Below, in pieces: positions 43,979 through 59,118 of a stretch of 64,000 nt of DNA. Under the pieces are notes generated by a model. The model did no database searches, was not told the origin of the DNA, and was given only the letters and a program-made list of their open reading frames with translations. Position numbers and translations under genes: made by a program. Every line of letters starts with the position of its first letter. Positions within the stretch are counted from its first letter, which is position 1. Origin of the DNA: Eledone cirrhosa (lineage: Eukaryota). The stretch covers positions 54,188,001 to 54,252,000 of the forward strand of contig OZ024742.1 of NCBI GenBank assembly GCA_964016885.1, written 5' to 3'.

Positions 43979-44183
43979 AAAGATGAGTATTGCCGTACAT
44001 GGGAGTCGAACCCACATCTTTGGTTATCCAGATGTGGATAACCAAAGATGTGGGTTCGACTCCCATGTACGAGAACACTCATCTTTTTCCATTTCTCCGA
44101 GGGTTATAAACCCCACTATCAGGCTAGAAATTTCTTTAGTCTAAAATACAGTGAAAGCTTATAATTTCTAATTTCTAATTTTT
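43979..44183 (+). mobile_element. Fold-back mini-insert carrying a tRNA T-arm/B-box (52-bp arms + ~95-bp tail)
   Basis: Arms 43979-44030 / 44035-44086; GTGGG-TTCGACT-CCCAT at 44050-44066; (TA)n on both sides. Confidence 0.75.
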
Positions 44184-44325
44184 ATATATATATATATATA
44201 TACGTGACGTATTCTATTCTATAGCGATTAGGTCTTCAAAATGTTTATTATAAACATACAGAATATTTTCGAATATTCTATGTCTATATTCACATATATA
44301 TCGCTATTTCAGAGCATTTATTCCA

Positions 44326-44367
<42 letters not shown>

Positions 44368-44737
44368 TTGAATAAACAAGAGAGATGAACACTAATATAA
44401 ACATACATGTATTCGTATCGTAAGGATCAAGTTTGCTAGGGTGAAAAAATACTAACTACAGCACTATGGTTTGTCAGACTTAATTTTAAGTATTAAATTA
44501 AGAAAAATAAAAGACCTATATTGGGTAACAACTAGACAGTTTAGGAAACTGTTTCGCAACATCTTCCTAAGTGAAGTCCACACTTTTCTCTGCTCCTCAG
44601 TAGTTGTTGAGAAATTAGTGATTCTTCCACTTCTAAAAATATTGGAAGACTGAATTATGTGCGATAAGAAATATCGTACGTGTCTTCGGAACACAGCTTG
44701 TCTCCAAATTCCATGCCGCTAAAAATAGTAATCTAAC

Positions 44738-44816
<79 letters not shown>

Positions 44817-45604
44817 GCATACACCTTTTAAATAATGCGTACATACATACACTTTATTCACACATGTGCATACACTGTTTGGATCTTTTTTTATAAATAA
44901 ACAGAATACACTGTATTATGAGGGATTTACTAATTATTACGACACATTCACATCTTTATTTGAAATATTTGCAGTCCTGAAGGAGATGAAATATATTAAA
45001 TGGAGCTATCCCCGATTAAGAAACACATTTATTTAATTAAAAGGAAAAGAAAACCCGGAATTTAACAATATAACAATGTTTTACTTTAAGGAAGGTAAGT
45101 TCAATTGGATAAACTTAAAATATAAAAAGAAAATGTTACGCAATGCTAAAGTATTTATTTGCTATAGATTTAATTTCAAATAAATTATTTTCTTAATGTA
45201 AGGTATATGATTCTATTTTATAGATATTTGGGACCCACAGTAGGATTCTTTAGGCGTCAGTTTCTTGTAATTTATCTATTTATGTAGAACATGTTTGCTC
45301 CCCGCTATTTTCTGAACTACCGGAATAGAAATGTTTCTACAGTGATTTAACACATCACTGCCATTAGCAAATTGTTTGTATCTTTACGAATGAAGGATCT
45401 AACTTGTTTTTATCAATATATTCTTAGCTGAAAGTATGCGCTAATATGTAATAGGTAAGTTATCTGACACATACATCTCTTTTTATTCTAAACTCCATTT
45501 CTATCTTTATGTGTCTCTCTGTCTCTGTCTCTGTCTCTTTCCCTCCCCTTCTCTCTCTTTTTTCTCTCTCTCTATCTATTTATTTATCTATCTATCTATG
45601 AATC

Positions 45605-45695
<91 letters not shown>

Positions 45696-45700
<5 letters not shown>

Positions 45701-47922
45701 AAGATGAATATAAAATGAAAGTGCTTTTATAAAGGAATTTATTAGGTATTGACATATGTTTCTGTAACAGACGGAATACCTATGTATCGCTGCTTGCGTA
45801 ATCATATAATGTTAGCAAGTATTCGATAGCAAATGTATAATCAGTTGTCACTTCTTCAGAGATTTTGGATAAATTGGAAAAAATCAGAAAAATTGAAGTA
45901 TTTATATTAGTTGTAAGAAAGGAAGATATGTGGACTCCACCGTGACGATGCGCTCCTATTAGTTAAGCATATGAATAACCAGAATTTAGAAAGGATGCGT
46001 AAAAATATTAGAAAGCTTTTTAAGGAACTAGGATTAAATATTACATTTGAATATAACCTCAAAGTGGTTAATTTCCTTGATGTCACTTTGAATCTCAATA
46101 CAGAAACGATTAAACCGTTCCATAAACTAAATGAGAACCATAAATATGTAAATACAGGTTCTAACCATCCACCCTCTATAATTAAATCCATCCCTAGAAT
46201 CTCCCGCCTGTCGTCCAACCAGCAAACCTTCAAAGAACATGCTGAATATTATGATGATGCACTTAGGAAGGCTGGGCACCTAGATAATGTAGAGTATATA
46301 GTCGACGATCACCAAAACACCCAAAATAAATCTCATAGAGGTAGAATCACCACCATTCATACACTACCGCAATAGACACATTAATAGTCGCACACCACCA
46401 AACAGAAGGCGATGTAAAGAGTATATGTGGTACAACCCGGTCTATAACAACTCTATTAAAACCAATCTATCCTCACATATCTTTCGATTAGTTAAACAAC
46501 ACTTTCAAACATCACATAAATATAATAAAATCTTAAAACACTATTCGACTTTTATATTCAACCGCCCCTAATATTGAACAACATATAAAAAAGCTTAACG
46601 CAAAACGGTTGTATAAACGCCTTCCAACACATAACAATACACGTAAAACATCGGCTATAACATCACAAAACAACAAACAACATCTCGTCCTGCCTAAGCA
46701 ACCACATCAACCCATCCATGCGAATACAACAACGCAAAATTATAACTGTAACTGTGTCCAACCAGGAATGTGTCCGTTGAACAATCAGTATCTTGAACGC
46801 AACATCATATACAAATGTACTATCGAATCGGGTAGCCAGAAGTGGTACTATGTGGGGTCTACAGCTACCTCCTTCAAATCTCGCCTTTATAGACATCGTT
46901 ACTCGATAAAACATGAAAACCAGCGTTATGTAAGTACACTCGCAGACAAGGCTTGGCAGCTGCGCGAAAATAACCAACGATTTAATCTAAAATGGGATAT
47001 AATAGCACTGCCCCTGCATATTTCCGAGGGCAGAAATTTTGTAAATTGTGTTATATGGAATTATTTTGTATTATGAAATCCAAAAATATTTTATTAAATA
47101 ACAGAATAGAGCGATCGTTATACTGTAACCATTGCTTGAAATCTATATTTTCATATTACAAACGCTACCAGGATTGAACCCCTGTCTCCATCTCCGTTTG
47201 ATTGTCAAAATACAAATTAACATTCTCTATTAGTCTTAATTCTATCAACTCTTCTATTCTTTACCATTTAATATAAACTGCTATAGATAAAATGAGATTT
47301 CTTAATTCAATTCCCTAATGCATATACCAGCAGGCTACCAGCATTGTTGTTATACCGTAGCAGTGAAAATCCCCCTCCTCCTTAATTGACACTTTATATC
47401 TATTAATACTACTACACCAAACGACCAGCCCTGTCCATTGTTCAATTGGTCAAGTATAGATTAAAATAGACACTCCCAAAAATTCTTATTTAGATAAAAT
47501 AAGCCAAATACTCATTGTATTCTCATTAGAAAGCTTCTATATACTTGTTTACCAGTAAATTGAATTGCCATTTGTCATATACTATCCCCTCTTTTCTTCC
47601 TTTCTTACAACTAATATAAATACTTCAATTTTTCTGATTTTTTCCAATTTATCCAATATCTCTGAAGAAGTGACAGCTGATTATACATTTGCTATCGAAT
47701 ACTTGCTAACATTATATGATTACGCAAGCAGCGATACATAGGTATTCCGTCTGTTACAGAAAAATATGTCAATACCTAATAAACTCCTTTATAACAGCAC
47801 TTTCATTTTATATTCAACTTTTCTACATTTTCTCCGGAATATAATTTATACTCGTTGAGCAAACCTACACGTACGCTGTTCATCTCTAACGTGACGATAT
47901 ATTATCACTACATTATTGATAA

Positions 47923-47926
<4 letters not shown>
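45696..47926 (+). mobile_element. 5'-truncated Penelope-like element with ~230-bp inverted pLTR and ~100-bp tail, flanked by (TA)n
   Basis: GLHRDD, VNFLDVTLNL, CNC..CPL, IIY..YVGSTATSFKSRLYRH; 45696-45926 is the inverse of ~47595-47825; CTGAAGA 47662 ... GAAA(C)ATATGTC. Confidence 0.9.
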
Positions 47927-47966
<40 letters not shown>

Positions 47967-48112
47967 TATTTATTTTATAAATATTCATTTATTTTATAAA
48001 TATTCATTTATTTTATTTATTTTACAAATATTTATTTATTTTTATTTATTCTATAAATATTTATCTATTTATTTTATGAGAAATGGGATGACAAATAAAT
48101 CCCCAGGTAATA

Positions 48113-48290
48113 ATTGTTTCTACTTTAGACACAAGGTCAGCAATTACCCAGTACATTACTGGTACTTTATTTTATCGACCCCGTAAGGATGAAAGGCCAA
48201 GTTAACCTGGGCGGGATTTGAACTCAGACTGTAAAGGGACGTAACTATGCTAGAAAGCATGGCGTCCAACCCTCTACCGATACTTCCAAG
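48113..48290 (-). mobile_element. tRNA-derived SINE (same family as 19917)
   Basis: CTGGTACTTTATTTTATCGACCCCGTAAGGATGAAAGGC core and inverse B-box. Confidence 0.85.
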
Positions 48291-48299
48291 GTAATAATA

Positions 48300-49740
48300 A
48301 CCCTAGGACGGCCACTACCAACTCCACTAGAACCCCTAGAAGGAATAGACCTAGAAATATCACCTGGCTTAACCCCCCATCCTCGTCTAATCTAGCCACT
48401 AATATCCCTAAACGCTTCTTCTCTATCCTATCTATACATTTCCTCCCGAACCATAGATATTACAAACTCTTTAATAAAAATAACACTAAAATCTCATTCT
48501 CCGAAACACCTAACCTAGCTAGCCACATCGCATTCAGTAACCATCATAAACCAAGACAGTATAACTCCCACACCGCTTTACCACCACCCCTATCGAATAC
48601 ACCACGCCACCACACCAATAATTACTCTAGTAGCACACCTCCCCCATCTAATCCTTCTAGCACTGACCAACCGCTTAGGTTAAAATACCCTACTCTCACT
48701 AACCGCAGAAGCAACTGCAACTGCCGTTACCCTAATGCATGCCCATTAAATGGACACTGCCTGACACCCAACATATTCTATAGGTGCACGGTTAAAACTG
48801 CTTCGAATACCAGCTCTTATATCGAGTCTACCTCTAACCCTTTTAAGGTACGCTATAACGCACACTCTTTTTCCTTCCGAGACCCTAGCAACAGATGTTC
48901 GACATCTCTAGCTAGGCTCATTAAAAACCTTAACTTAAGCAACATTGAACACTCACTAAAATGGGATATCGTAGCTAGAGCCCAACCCTTCAATGGACGA
49001 AGAAAATCTTGTGATCTCTGTATTACAGAAGCATTTTCCTTAACTCTATCACGACCTCTATCGATTAACGATAGAACGGAGGTAACTATTAGCTGTCAAC
49101 ATCGAAGGGCTAATTCCTTCGCCAATAGAATATTTGACCCAACATAGTCATCTAGCCCCATTTTCACTTGTAGCAAATAAGTTAAATAGCTATAACTAAC
49201 TTAGATAATTTTAAGTTACCTCCCCTACATTGTCTCTCAATTAAAAAAATTCAAAAATTAGCACTTAACTATAAACTACCCACAATTTCTAATCTCTTGA
49301 GGAGTTACTTCCCCTGAAACCACCCTCTAATTAGTAAGGTAAATATGTCATTTGGCGGCCATCTTGTTACCAATAGGCAGATCTCACACAATGCAGCCTC
49401 GACAGATGAATACTGCTTGATTATGGCTGACAACTGATACAACCAGGACACCATAGCGAAACACTACATTATGTAACATCCGCTCCTTATTTTAATTTAT
49501 ATTCCTTTGAAGTTCCGATGAGCCGCTCTGTTTTTAAATATGTTAATTATTTTCAACTGAACCAGATCAATAATGATATATAGTCATCTGATCCAGAAAT
49601 ATTATATGGAGTAGTGAAACAATTGTAAACGGACATTATTATTATTAATATTATTATTATTCTCTACATTCCTTACATCAAACTAAAATATGCTGACAAT
49701 CTTTTAATAATGTCTTCCTTATGAAATTTGTGGCCTTGTT
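48300..49740 (+). mobile_element. Decayed Penelope-like 3' fragment (GIY-YIG) with pLTR hammerhead motif at 49512-49630
   Basis: CNCRYPNACPLNGHC, IFY..YIESTSNPFKVRYNAH, CDLCITE; GTT-CCGATGA...GAAACAATTGTA-AAC. Confidence 0.8.
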
Positions 49741-49934
49741 TTGCTTAACCAATGAATATTTCCAGCTCTGTGCGCCTAACTTCTGCATGAACCCAGCCAC
49801 CTAGCTGCTTTCTACTGCATATTGCACATTGAGCACATGCCTTTACGCTTTGGCTTCTAACTAATTCACCAATCTCTCCTCTCATAACTCGTCTCCTATC
49901 TCCATCTCTCTCTTTAAGATTGGTTACTCTTGAA

Positions 49935-50025
<91 letters not shown>

Positions 50026-50074
50026 TATATATTTATTATATATATATATACAAATTAAAATGAAGAATTAAAAA

Positions 50075-50220
50075 TAGGACTATCCATCATCAGTGATCTA
50101 CTAGCCAGTATCGGTATTTCTTCGCATTAAAGACCACATACCCCAGGCTGGTGCGAACAATAACTAAAATAAGTTATTGGGATAAAAAGAAATGGCAGAG
50201 AGAGGCAGGTAAACAAACAT
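50075..50220. repeat. Unclassified dispersed repeat, also at ~43300-43445
   Basis: Shared TCATCAGTGAT..TATTTC..GCATTAAA..AATAACTAAA.TAAGTTATT. Confidence 0.65.
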
Positions 50221-50805
50221 GAATGGTGAGGCAACGTAAAGAGAGGAAAAAATGAGTAAATGAAGTCAATGAACTTGCGAATATTGACGGGAAGGCGAGA
50301 GACACATCCCAACCATGCGAAAGTAAGCGAGGAAAGAATTTCGCACGGTGTGGGACGATGGAAGAAGTGAAAGAGAGGGTGAGTAGCAGAGAGTGAGTGA
50401 GTGAAAGTGTGAGGAACAGGCTAGCCGAGAAAGGGTGACTAGCCGAGGGGTGAATGAAAGTAAGAGCGAGAAGGAGAGAGAAGGGGGAGAGAGAAAGAGG
50501 ATAACAGTAAGGGAAGAGAAAAAGACCGGTCACAACGAAGGGGAAAGCATATAGGAATAAAAATGGCGTGCTGTGTTGTTGCATTTTAATTTATATATCA
50601 CATTTACAACAACACAGCACGCTATTTTTCATATATATATATATATATATATATATCCGGAACCAGGATCGAAAGCTTTGGTCATTTTCTTCCTTAATGC
50701 AAGGTATTAATATGATAAACGTATAGCTTACTTTCACTATATTGTACGCGTGATAAATAAAACATTGCAACGCGTTCTTGATCAAGTGCTACACATAGTT
50801 GCTCA

Positions 50806-51654
50806 TCTATATATATAAAACTAGGTTGTCTGTCTGTCTGTCTGTCTACTAAAACGGTCGGCACACATCTCCTCCTAAACCGTACGTTCAAATTTCTGTG
50901 AAATTGCTACACTTATAGATGAAGGTCCGGCTGAGACATCGGTCAAACAATTTCAAATCGACCCACGCCAAGTGCAAAAATCGAATTTGTAATGTATTGA
51001 TTTTTTCAGTTCAAATGTATAAATAGAGATGAGAGACCAGTTATTTCCCTTTTATGCCGTCATTTGTTTATCTATTTACGTTACGAACAAACTACGCGTA
51101 CAAAAATACGCGAACAGTTTTCGACCCAGCAAAATTTTAACCTGCAAAATTCACGAGTTTTAAGGTTCAACATTAAGCTTCCATTTTGCTTCATTTCCAT
51201 TAAAAAGTCTTTTAAAACAATATTTCAGCGCATCAGCCTCGCTCTCACCCGAGGCAACGCTGCAAGTGTGCTGGCTTGCTTCAAAAATCATTAGAGAGGT
51301 TTCCCAGTACTCGCGACGCTGCTGTCTTTTGCTTTGGTGTTGGCTCCATTGTTCACCCCTTCCTTTACATTTTCTTTAATATTGTAGCATTGAAGGAATA
51401 TATCTTTCATTTTATCATCCTTTGTAGTCCCGAGGCATTTGTGTTTATATTTTCATTCTGAAGGAATTGCAAACGATTTGTAATGTTGTTTGTGCAACTA
51501 TGAATAAAATATTTTTACTTGAAAACAAGTCTATTTGAATACACTACTACCCTATAAAATCTATGAAACTACATACATGTTGCAACTCTCTCTATATATA
51601 TATATATATCACACACACACATATCAATATACATCTAAAGAGAGAAAGGGAGAT

Positions 51655-51713
<59 letters not shown>

Positions 51714-52983
51714 TAGGTCGTTATACAGAGAGTGATACAAGATAATCAGATAGAGAGACAGAGAGAGAGAGAGAATGGCGACGAACGCTGGTTCACACAC
51801 ACATACACACACAAACACATATATATATATATATATAAAGAGAGAGAGAGATCTGCGCGTTCTTTATTGTACTCCATTCTGTAGAGGAAGAGAGAGAGAG
51901 GGGGTATGAGTGAGAGAGAGAAAGAAAGAGAGAGAGAGAAGGTCCGAGAAAAAGGGAGAGAGGTTGAGAAAGAAAGAAAGTTTAAGCAAAGAATCGTTGC
52001 CTTCAACATTAACGGGATCTTCTTAAACTAAAAAATTCAATCCGTGAATGCAAAATTAAATATTTCGAGAAACGTTGCAACTGAAGGAAAACAGGAAGAC
52101 GATATTTTGGTTCGTAAAGACGTTCCCTGGCAATGAACAGAAAAAAAGTGAGGATAATACGTCGTTATGTGGACCTAGAAAAACAATTTCATGCAAAGAC
52201 AAGACCAAGTTTATGGTGTAAATGGAGTCGTTAGACTAATATTCTATTTAAAATAACCGAATGATTTCCAGCCCCGGAGTTTAAGAATGATGTAAATAAA
52301 ATTGTAAACGAAAATGACAGAGGTTATTAAAATAGTTGTTTCTATTTTTGGCACAAGGCCAGCAATTATCCAGTACATTACTGGTACTTTATTTTATCGA
52401 CCCGTAAGGATGAAAGGCAAAGTTAAACTCGACGGGATTTTAACTTTGCTTTAAAATAGTAAAAGTAAATAGTGAAGATTTAGGCCTGTACATACGTATG
52501 CGCCGACGGACATACATATACATACACAGAAACACACACACAGGCGCGCGCGCGCGCACGTGTGTGTGTAGACCTTATGCATTTCTACAGTATTTTCACC
52601 AAACTTAAGACATAGGTTACTTATGTACTCCGGATGGTCATGGGCACTTTCATTTTTCCAGATATTGATTATAGGGCCTCCCTTTAACCACTTCCCTGGA
52701 GTCGACTGAAGCACTGCAGCGCAATGCAACAACACGTCATAACTTCTGGCGTTCGCAACCGATTTTCACAAAACTTGACACATGGGCTACGTTTGTTCTA
52801 CAGATGAATGTGAACTCTCAGAATTGGTACATATTGAGTAGGGGAACCCTGGGGGCAGGAACCCCCTTTTGGGAAAAGCCGATGATTTTGTAAAAGTATA
52901 GTTTTCGAAGCAGAACTGAAGTATTGACATAAATGGTATACATAACTATTTAATACCCGAGCAACGCTGGGTACCTCTTCTAG
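50806..52983 (+). mobile_element. Non-autonomous Helitron with internal microsatellites and a SINE fragment (52336-52445)
   Basis: A|TC start, (GTCT)n, 3' hairpin TACCCGAGC-AAC-GCTGGGTA, then CTAG|T. Confidence 0.78.
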
Positions 52984-55900
52984 TCTTATATATATTTGTC
53001 GGAAGAAAAACATAACTCGTTTTCACTTTAGAAGACATAAATTAGTATTAAAATGAATTGCGATGATGGTTAGTAAATAAGTGAATGTTATGACTATGCA
53101 TTCAATGTTTGAGTGTTTGATTATAATATCCCTCTGATTCTGTGATTAATAAATCAACATTTTAACATGCAAGACGATGTTGTTTTACGAACCTACACTA
53201 GATGCATGGTCTGCTCTATTTTATAATATATATGATAATTCATTCTCAAAATAGCATAGGAAAAATGCTATTTAAAACATGTAATATTCTCACAGACACA
53301 AATATTATTTTAAGATACTAAATTCTGAAAGAAAATGCTAATTTAACAGTATCTGATTATTGTAATGTAGCTATTCTGAACGATTTCAGTACTGAAATAG
53401 TCTGTATTTGAAATTTCTCGACTCCTTGAATTCAGCGAAGATTTTTTTTCTTAATGTTTTCTGGAAAGCGATAAATACTTGGTTACTTTCAATTGCTGGT
53501 TTGAGGATAATTTCGTCTTAAAAGGAAGCCTCACGTTTAATCTTCTTTTCTGTATGTAGCCTTGACCAGGTGATGGTGTAATCTACCCAAGTCGAACGTT
53601 CATTGGGTTTCTCAAGACTGAAAGGTACCACCATCTCACTGGTGATCGCCTGTGGCTGTTAAATCACAGCTGAGCTTCTCAGCTTGGATCCATGCATATC
53701 ACCGCTTTTGTCGTTCTGTAACCAATAAAATACTTTTACTGCTGCATCTTTCATCCTGCAATGCGCCACATTCTTCTTTCTTCCTGCTAAACATTTCATT
53801 TGGTGGCAGAAATTTATGAAATCCAAGTAAATACCTCATTTTTCGTAATGCTAAAATGATGATAAAATTCATTGGACAAATATATAAAAATATGCAAATG
53901 ATCTACCGTCAAATATTGTCCTATGGTTAATGACTCAGAAACAATAATCTTGTAAACGGGTTTCTACCTCAAAAATAATTTTCTTATAGTTAAATCACAA
54001 TGCATTAGCTAAATAGTGTGAATCCCATTAAATATTCTTTCTGTCCAAAACCTCATGACTGTAATAATCAGGATGCATTCATTTTCATATCAACATTTAT
54101 AATTTCCTGTTTATTCTATCCTATGTGTCATTAAATATACTGACGATGTAGTTCAGGTAAATTGATCGATTCGATAATAGCGAGTCAATCAACCAATCAA
54201 TTTTAAAATCAATGTCTGCTTTTCTATCGGCTGCGTCATTTAATCAATATTGTCCAATGATTACTTCGATCTGGAATAACTTGTGAATCCATTGTGCGCA
54301 GAAGCTAATAGGAATCCCCTCGATAATCAATAGAATTATTAAGGAGGTTTGACAGATATATAAAAGTATAACGAATATGATTACACCTCAAAATATTCAG
54401 CAATAAGCAAGAATTAATACATCGGTGTATGTACCAAACAAATGAAACTGTGTGTGTTATTTATTTATTTTTATTTACCGTGAAAGGAATTGCTATAACC
54501 ATAAGATTTGTAAGATAATTAGTTATATATGTAGTGGATTGTATATATGAATGGTATATTTTATTGGTCACACGGGCTTAGTATCTGTGGACATTACAAA
54601 GAAGAAACAGCAACCAAAATACGAGAGGACTGATTTCCATCGAGGAAAAGGGGAAGGTAATTGATAACAATAAAAATATAATAATTAGGAAAATAATTTC
54701 TAACTTAAAATTAACGCTTGGCTATTTTAGGAGAAGGGGGAATATGTTTTTCCCTCGTTACTTTATCGACACTGTTTCTACGATACTTCAATGAAAGATA
54801 AAATTATCATCAGAATGATTCTAATTCATATATGCAGAAACAAAACAAATATGAAAGACAGTTTATACAACGCTCTAAAAATCCATACAACATACGGCTC
54901 TAATAATTATTGTGAACTGCATTGTTGTAATAGTATTTATAATTATGATAAAATCACTAGGGGCAGTATTTGAGAATATCATCTACTGGCTTACTGGGAT
55001 CAGTTTAAACATACACCTTGCAACACTATACATTTAACGGTGCTACACACAGTATACCAGGAATATCTGCTGCACACATAACTTTGAAAATACCATACAC
55101 AAAAACAAAACAAAACATTATAAGAAATAAATATCATGCAATTAACTAGAATTTGTAAACTTACAGAGCATTGGGATATTTCAAATTTGAAAATAAATAT
55201 AATCGCCACAATGAAGATAAATATAATAATAATTTAGCACTATAAATAAATGTTGAATACGTCGAATAATTAGAACTGCATAGAGAACAAAGTGGACAGA
55301 GAGGCTTGTTGGCGTTCGAATAAGATATGTATAGGTATCAACTATTATCATAGTTATTTCAATTGTGTGACGATATTTTCAAATATATTTAAACGGTATT
55401 TAAATTTAAGCTTATCAAATATTGAAAGTCGTATTTATTTAGTGGAGGTTGTGTGACAATATGAGCTTTCTTTAATCTCATTACGGCTGACACATTTCCA
55501 TTTGAAATATGATCTTTATATAATCCTATGCCAATTTCAACTCTGACATAGTCAATGGGTGCCGATATCTATTTACCTCAAATAACAGATACTGTCATTC
55601 GATTTATTTCTAGCACGTCAGGTTCGGACGCACTAAATAGGTCACTTTGCTCTGAGTAAAATACCATATCATCAGAAATATGTATAAATTGTACAATCAT
55701 TGATATATGACACCTGGATTCCAGGTATTTTCGTATATATATATATATATTGGCCAGAGATTTACATTCCCAAATGCCTTTAAAAGCGTAACTTTCCGAA
55801 TTTATTACAGTTATGAGATATGGTTTGTTATTTAAGTATCACTTCTGTTTTTAGCCTAAGAAAATATCTATATGCGTGTGTAATTAATACACGCATACAT

Positions 55901-56166
55901 TTATTTTTTTTAAATTAATTGAGTTCTTAACACGCTGGATTGATAATGTTTTTGAAAAAACTAATTAACCCACGTGTATATTATTTTCTTTTCTCGTGAT
56001 TCATGGTTGTCTCCCTTTCCCGCTTCGTGACGCTATGATACTTCCTCAATCAAAAGACTGCTGGAATTTCAAATTTGGCGGTCATTCGATGCGTGAAGGA
56101 ACAACTTAGCAGACACGATTTTTAACTGCGGTAAGAAATTTTTTCTTATATCAAAGTTTAATGGGC

Positions 56167-56291
56167 TTCCACTGAAGATTTATAAGTGCCGACCTAAATA
56201 TATTCTTACATGAATATATGTTAGGCTTCTACATAAACTGGAAACATTCTCCCAATTTGTAGAAAACTTATAATGAAACAATTGTTTGGAA
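56167..56291 (+). ncRNA. Hammerhead ribozyme motif with extended stem II
   Basis: TTCCA-CTGAAGA-TTTATAAGT...ACTTATAAT-GAAAC-AATT-GTT-TGGAA. Confidence 0.75.
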
Positions 56292-56799
56292 AGAGAGATA
56301 TATTTTAACTTTAATTATATCTCATATAATAATACAACTGACTTTCCACAAAATACATATAGTTAGCACCCCAAACACTTAAATTGGGTTTATACTAACG
56401 TATAACCTAATGTTTGTTGAGTGAGATGGTTACCAGTCGGAGTTTAGCTTAAGGCTATCTCTGTTATTGTATTAAATATATATATATATATATATATATT
56501 CAGTATATATATATTGTTATACTTGGGTGGGGGGGAGGTCATGTTGCCAATAAAAACACACGCACCTCTAAGCTTTCGCTTCAATTTATTTTAAATTCAC
56601 GGTTGGTTGGTTGGTTCGATAACCGGTAGGTTGTTTATATATTGTCAAAGCTCTTTTGTCACATACTATGACCTCCTCAGTTATTAGGGTTTTATTTTCT
56701 GTGTCACTCCTTTGTTCTGTCCTACACAATATCTGTTTCAACACACATTTTCAGATAAGAAATCTCGCAAAACAAATTAAAAAACGAATTATATATATG

Positions 56800-57386
<587 letters not shown>

Positions 57387-57515
57387 TATACATATGTATA
57401 TTGCTTACATCTGACAAGACAGTGATGGAATTAATTTCGGATTACATCTGATAAAATAGTGATGCCATGAATTTGGATAATAAGGTAAAATCTGCTTAAA
57501 TCTGTGTGTGTGTGT

Positions 57516-57585
<70 letters not shown>

Positions 57586-58256
57586 TTGTGCGTGCGTGCG
57601 TGCGTGTGTGTGTGTATGTGTGTGTGTGTGCAGTTTCATGCAGAAGAAAATTAAATATAAACAGTCGTAATATGTATTCAAGGAAGTAGATAGGTTTTCT
57701 GTATTGTCTAACAAATTCCATTTCTAATCAACTCTTAAGTTATTTTTGTTTAAATATATAAGCTGAGGTATAAGAAAATATACACCATACATCGATTTCT
57801 TGGTTTTGTGTTGAAATTAATTAAGTTTTATATGTTTTTACATAGAATATCTTAAACAAGAATACAATAGATTTGTGTTGGTTTACAAAGGATGAAAACA
57901 TTTAAAAAATACTTACACCAGTTAAGTCCATGGAAAAGATAATTGTATACTGTATTTTCTACAAATTTCGTGCACTAATAGTCTTTAAAATATTAATGTT
58001 TAAATAAAATGATTTGGTAAGATAAGACAGTATGTGATTCAAAATTGATATCAAGGGTCTGTGTTTTTTTCTAATATTAATACTTATTGTAGAATTTATC
58101 TTAATGTGATCAACAAGGAAGAAGAGAGGTATCGATTCTTTATACACTGTACTAAAATGGATAGATATAGAGTGATAATATATTGAATGAACGTATTGTT
58201 TTTATTTCAATAGCATTGAATTTGTGTCGATGTATATTCTAGTTTAGTTTATGTAT

Positions 58257-58289
<33 letters not shown>

Positions 58290-59118
58290 GAGAGAGAGAG
58301 CGGAAGGGAGACATAGATAGATAGATAGATTAGAATTACCAGTTTTAATCTAGTAAGATCATTCATTCAGCAGAGGAGTCGATACTTGGAAGAGTAGAGT
58401 AAATATATATATAAAGAACCCGTTACAAAAGTACAGAAAATATCATATAGTAACAGAAAAACCACCCTTCGGGTGGTTTTCTGTTAGCATCTGTAGTGTG
58501 CATGTTGATATTATACGTAAGTATATATGCATGTAGATATGATTCATCATATAACATCGTAATTGACAATATACACAGAAATTGAACGAATACTGTGTTA
58601 CACTGTCTTATGTAATCAGTAACGTAATCCATGATACATTAAAATTATTATATTATTATTATATTATATATAAACTGCATTAGGAGAAAATTAGTGACAG
58701 AAATATATGAATGTTTATTTAAGCGATCGCTAACCGGAAATTTTGAAAGTTACAAATTTCAAAGAAGTGAATTTTTAAATAAACTATAAAATATATTTAA
58801 TCAACAGCTACGAAATTTAGTAGATAAATTATGTAATATTCATTCATTATTTACTCAAAGTAATCCAACTTATTTTACTAATGGGATAAGAAATTACAAA
58901 CCGTACGCAGTCCAGCACTCCTTACTTTATTATAGTTTAGATATTATGTTCCTGAGATTGTGTTATTTTGCTGTTATTCTGAGTTCTTCGGTTTTCCTGA
59001 AACGCAGAATAACAATGAGCAACGAAGTATAATATCATTAATATAGAGTAGAATTATATTATATACATACACAGATGGATAAATACATACATACATGCAT
59101 ACACATCACACATATATG

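Noticed and set aside
44035-44075. tRNA gene
   Set aside because: Only a T-arm is present; no D-arm, acceptor stem or full cloverleaf.
53000-56100. Host exons in the non-repetitive stretch
   Set aside because: No ORF with recognisable motifs; short exons cannot be excluded without transcript data.
58451-58486. Hairpin resembling a bacterial intrinsic terminator
   Set aside because: Eukaryotic repeat context with no adjacent gene; probably part of a decayed repeat.
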